This document shows positions 63,499-64,000 of a DNA stretch of 64,000 nucleotides, one piece after another. The stretch covers positions 35,836,001 through 35,900,000 of the forward strand of contig OX638153.1 of the NCBI GenBank assembly GCA_951804945.1, given 5' to 3'. Under the pieces are notes generated by a model. That model saw only the letters and a list, made by a program, of their open reading frames with translations. It ran no database searches and was not told the origin of the DNA. A program made the translations under genes and the position numbers. Positions within the stretch are counted from its first letter, which is position 1; each line of letters starts with the position of its first letter. Source of the stretch: Podarcis cretensis (lineage: Eukaryota).

Positions 63499-64000
63499 GG
63501 GATGCGGGTGGCGCTGTGGGTTAAACCACAGAGCCTAGGACTTGCCGATCAGAAGGTTGGCGGTTTGATGAGCCTGGATAGCTCAGTTGGTTAGGCCATG
63601 GTGCTGATAATGCCAAGGTTGCAGGTTTGATCCCTGTATGGACCAGCTGGATATTCCTGCATTGCAGGGGGTTGGACTAGATGATCCTCAGGGTCCCTTC
63701 CAACTCTACAGTGCTATGTGCTATGTGCTATGAATCCCCACGACGGGGTGAGCCTCTGTTGTTCGGTCCCTGCTCCTGCCAACCTAGCAGTTTGAAAGCA
63801 CATCAAAGTGCAAGTAGATAAATAGGTACCGCTCCGGTGGGAAGGTAAACGGCATTTCCGTGTGCTGTTCTGGTTCACCAGAAGCGGCTTAGTCATGCTG
63901 GCCACGTGACCCAGAAGCTGTACGCCGGCTCCCTCGGCTAATAAAGCGAGATGAGCGCCACAACCCCAGAGTCGGTCACAACTGGACCTAACGGTTAGGG
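63499..64000 (+). mobile_element. Sauria SINE interrupted by a nested SINE; runs off the window end
   Basis: Head 63499-63568; the body resumes at 63731 (TGAATCCCC). Confidence 0.92.
63569..63730 (+). mobile_element. tRNA-Ile-derived SINE with CR1-type 3' tail, nested in the Sauria SINE
   Basis: Head TAGCTCAGTTGGTTAG..GTGCTGATAATGCCAAGGTTGCAGGTTTGATCCC resembles tRNA-Ile; tail GGGTTGGACTAGATGATC..CCCTTCCAACTCTAC plus (GTGCTAT)n is CR1-like. Confidence 0.85.

Noticed and set aside
63571-63645. tRNA-Ile(GAT)-like sequence
   Set aside because: Mismatched stems and T-loop (GTTTGA) and direct fusion to a CR1-type tail mark it as a SINE head, not a tRNA gene.

Overview
Vertebrate nuclear DNA, almost certainly from a squamate reptile and probably a lacertid lizard, judged by the Sauria/Squam1-type SINEs. 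The only host coding sequence I can support is the last three coding exons of renalase (RNLS) on the minus strand: 58113-57940 (174 nt), 42814-42639 (176 nt) and 28141-27989 (153 nt including stop). All three have canonical AG/GT sites and consistent phases. Positions 1-27800 are downstream intergenic DNA; in other vertebrates this side faces PTEN. The rest is introns densely filled with transposons: 8 Sauria SINEs, a second tRNA-derived SINE family, MIR-like SINEs, a young 5'-truncated L2 LINE with an intact RT reading frame, older L2/CR1 relics, Tc1/mariner and hAT MITEs, and two solo LTRs. There are also microsatellites, two assembly gaps and several repeat-free blocks that look like conserved non-coding elements. 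Most unusual observations: (1) two unrelated solo LTRs that each carry an acidic-then-basic reading frame open from LTR base 2; (2) a Pack-type hAT element carrying CpG-island-like cargo, with its empty sibling 3.5 kb away; (3) a perfect 106-bp templated insertion copied from 2.2 kb away at a SINE junction, which leaves direct repeats flanking RNLS exon 6; (4) an L2 insertion that appears to split a SINE, possibly with a 3' transduction and a junction-created ATG and splice acceptor. All calls were made by eye; no database searches were run.
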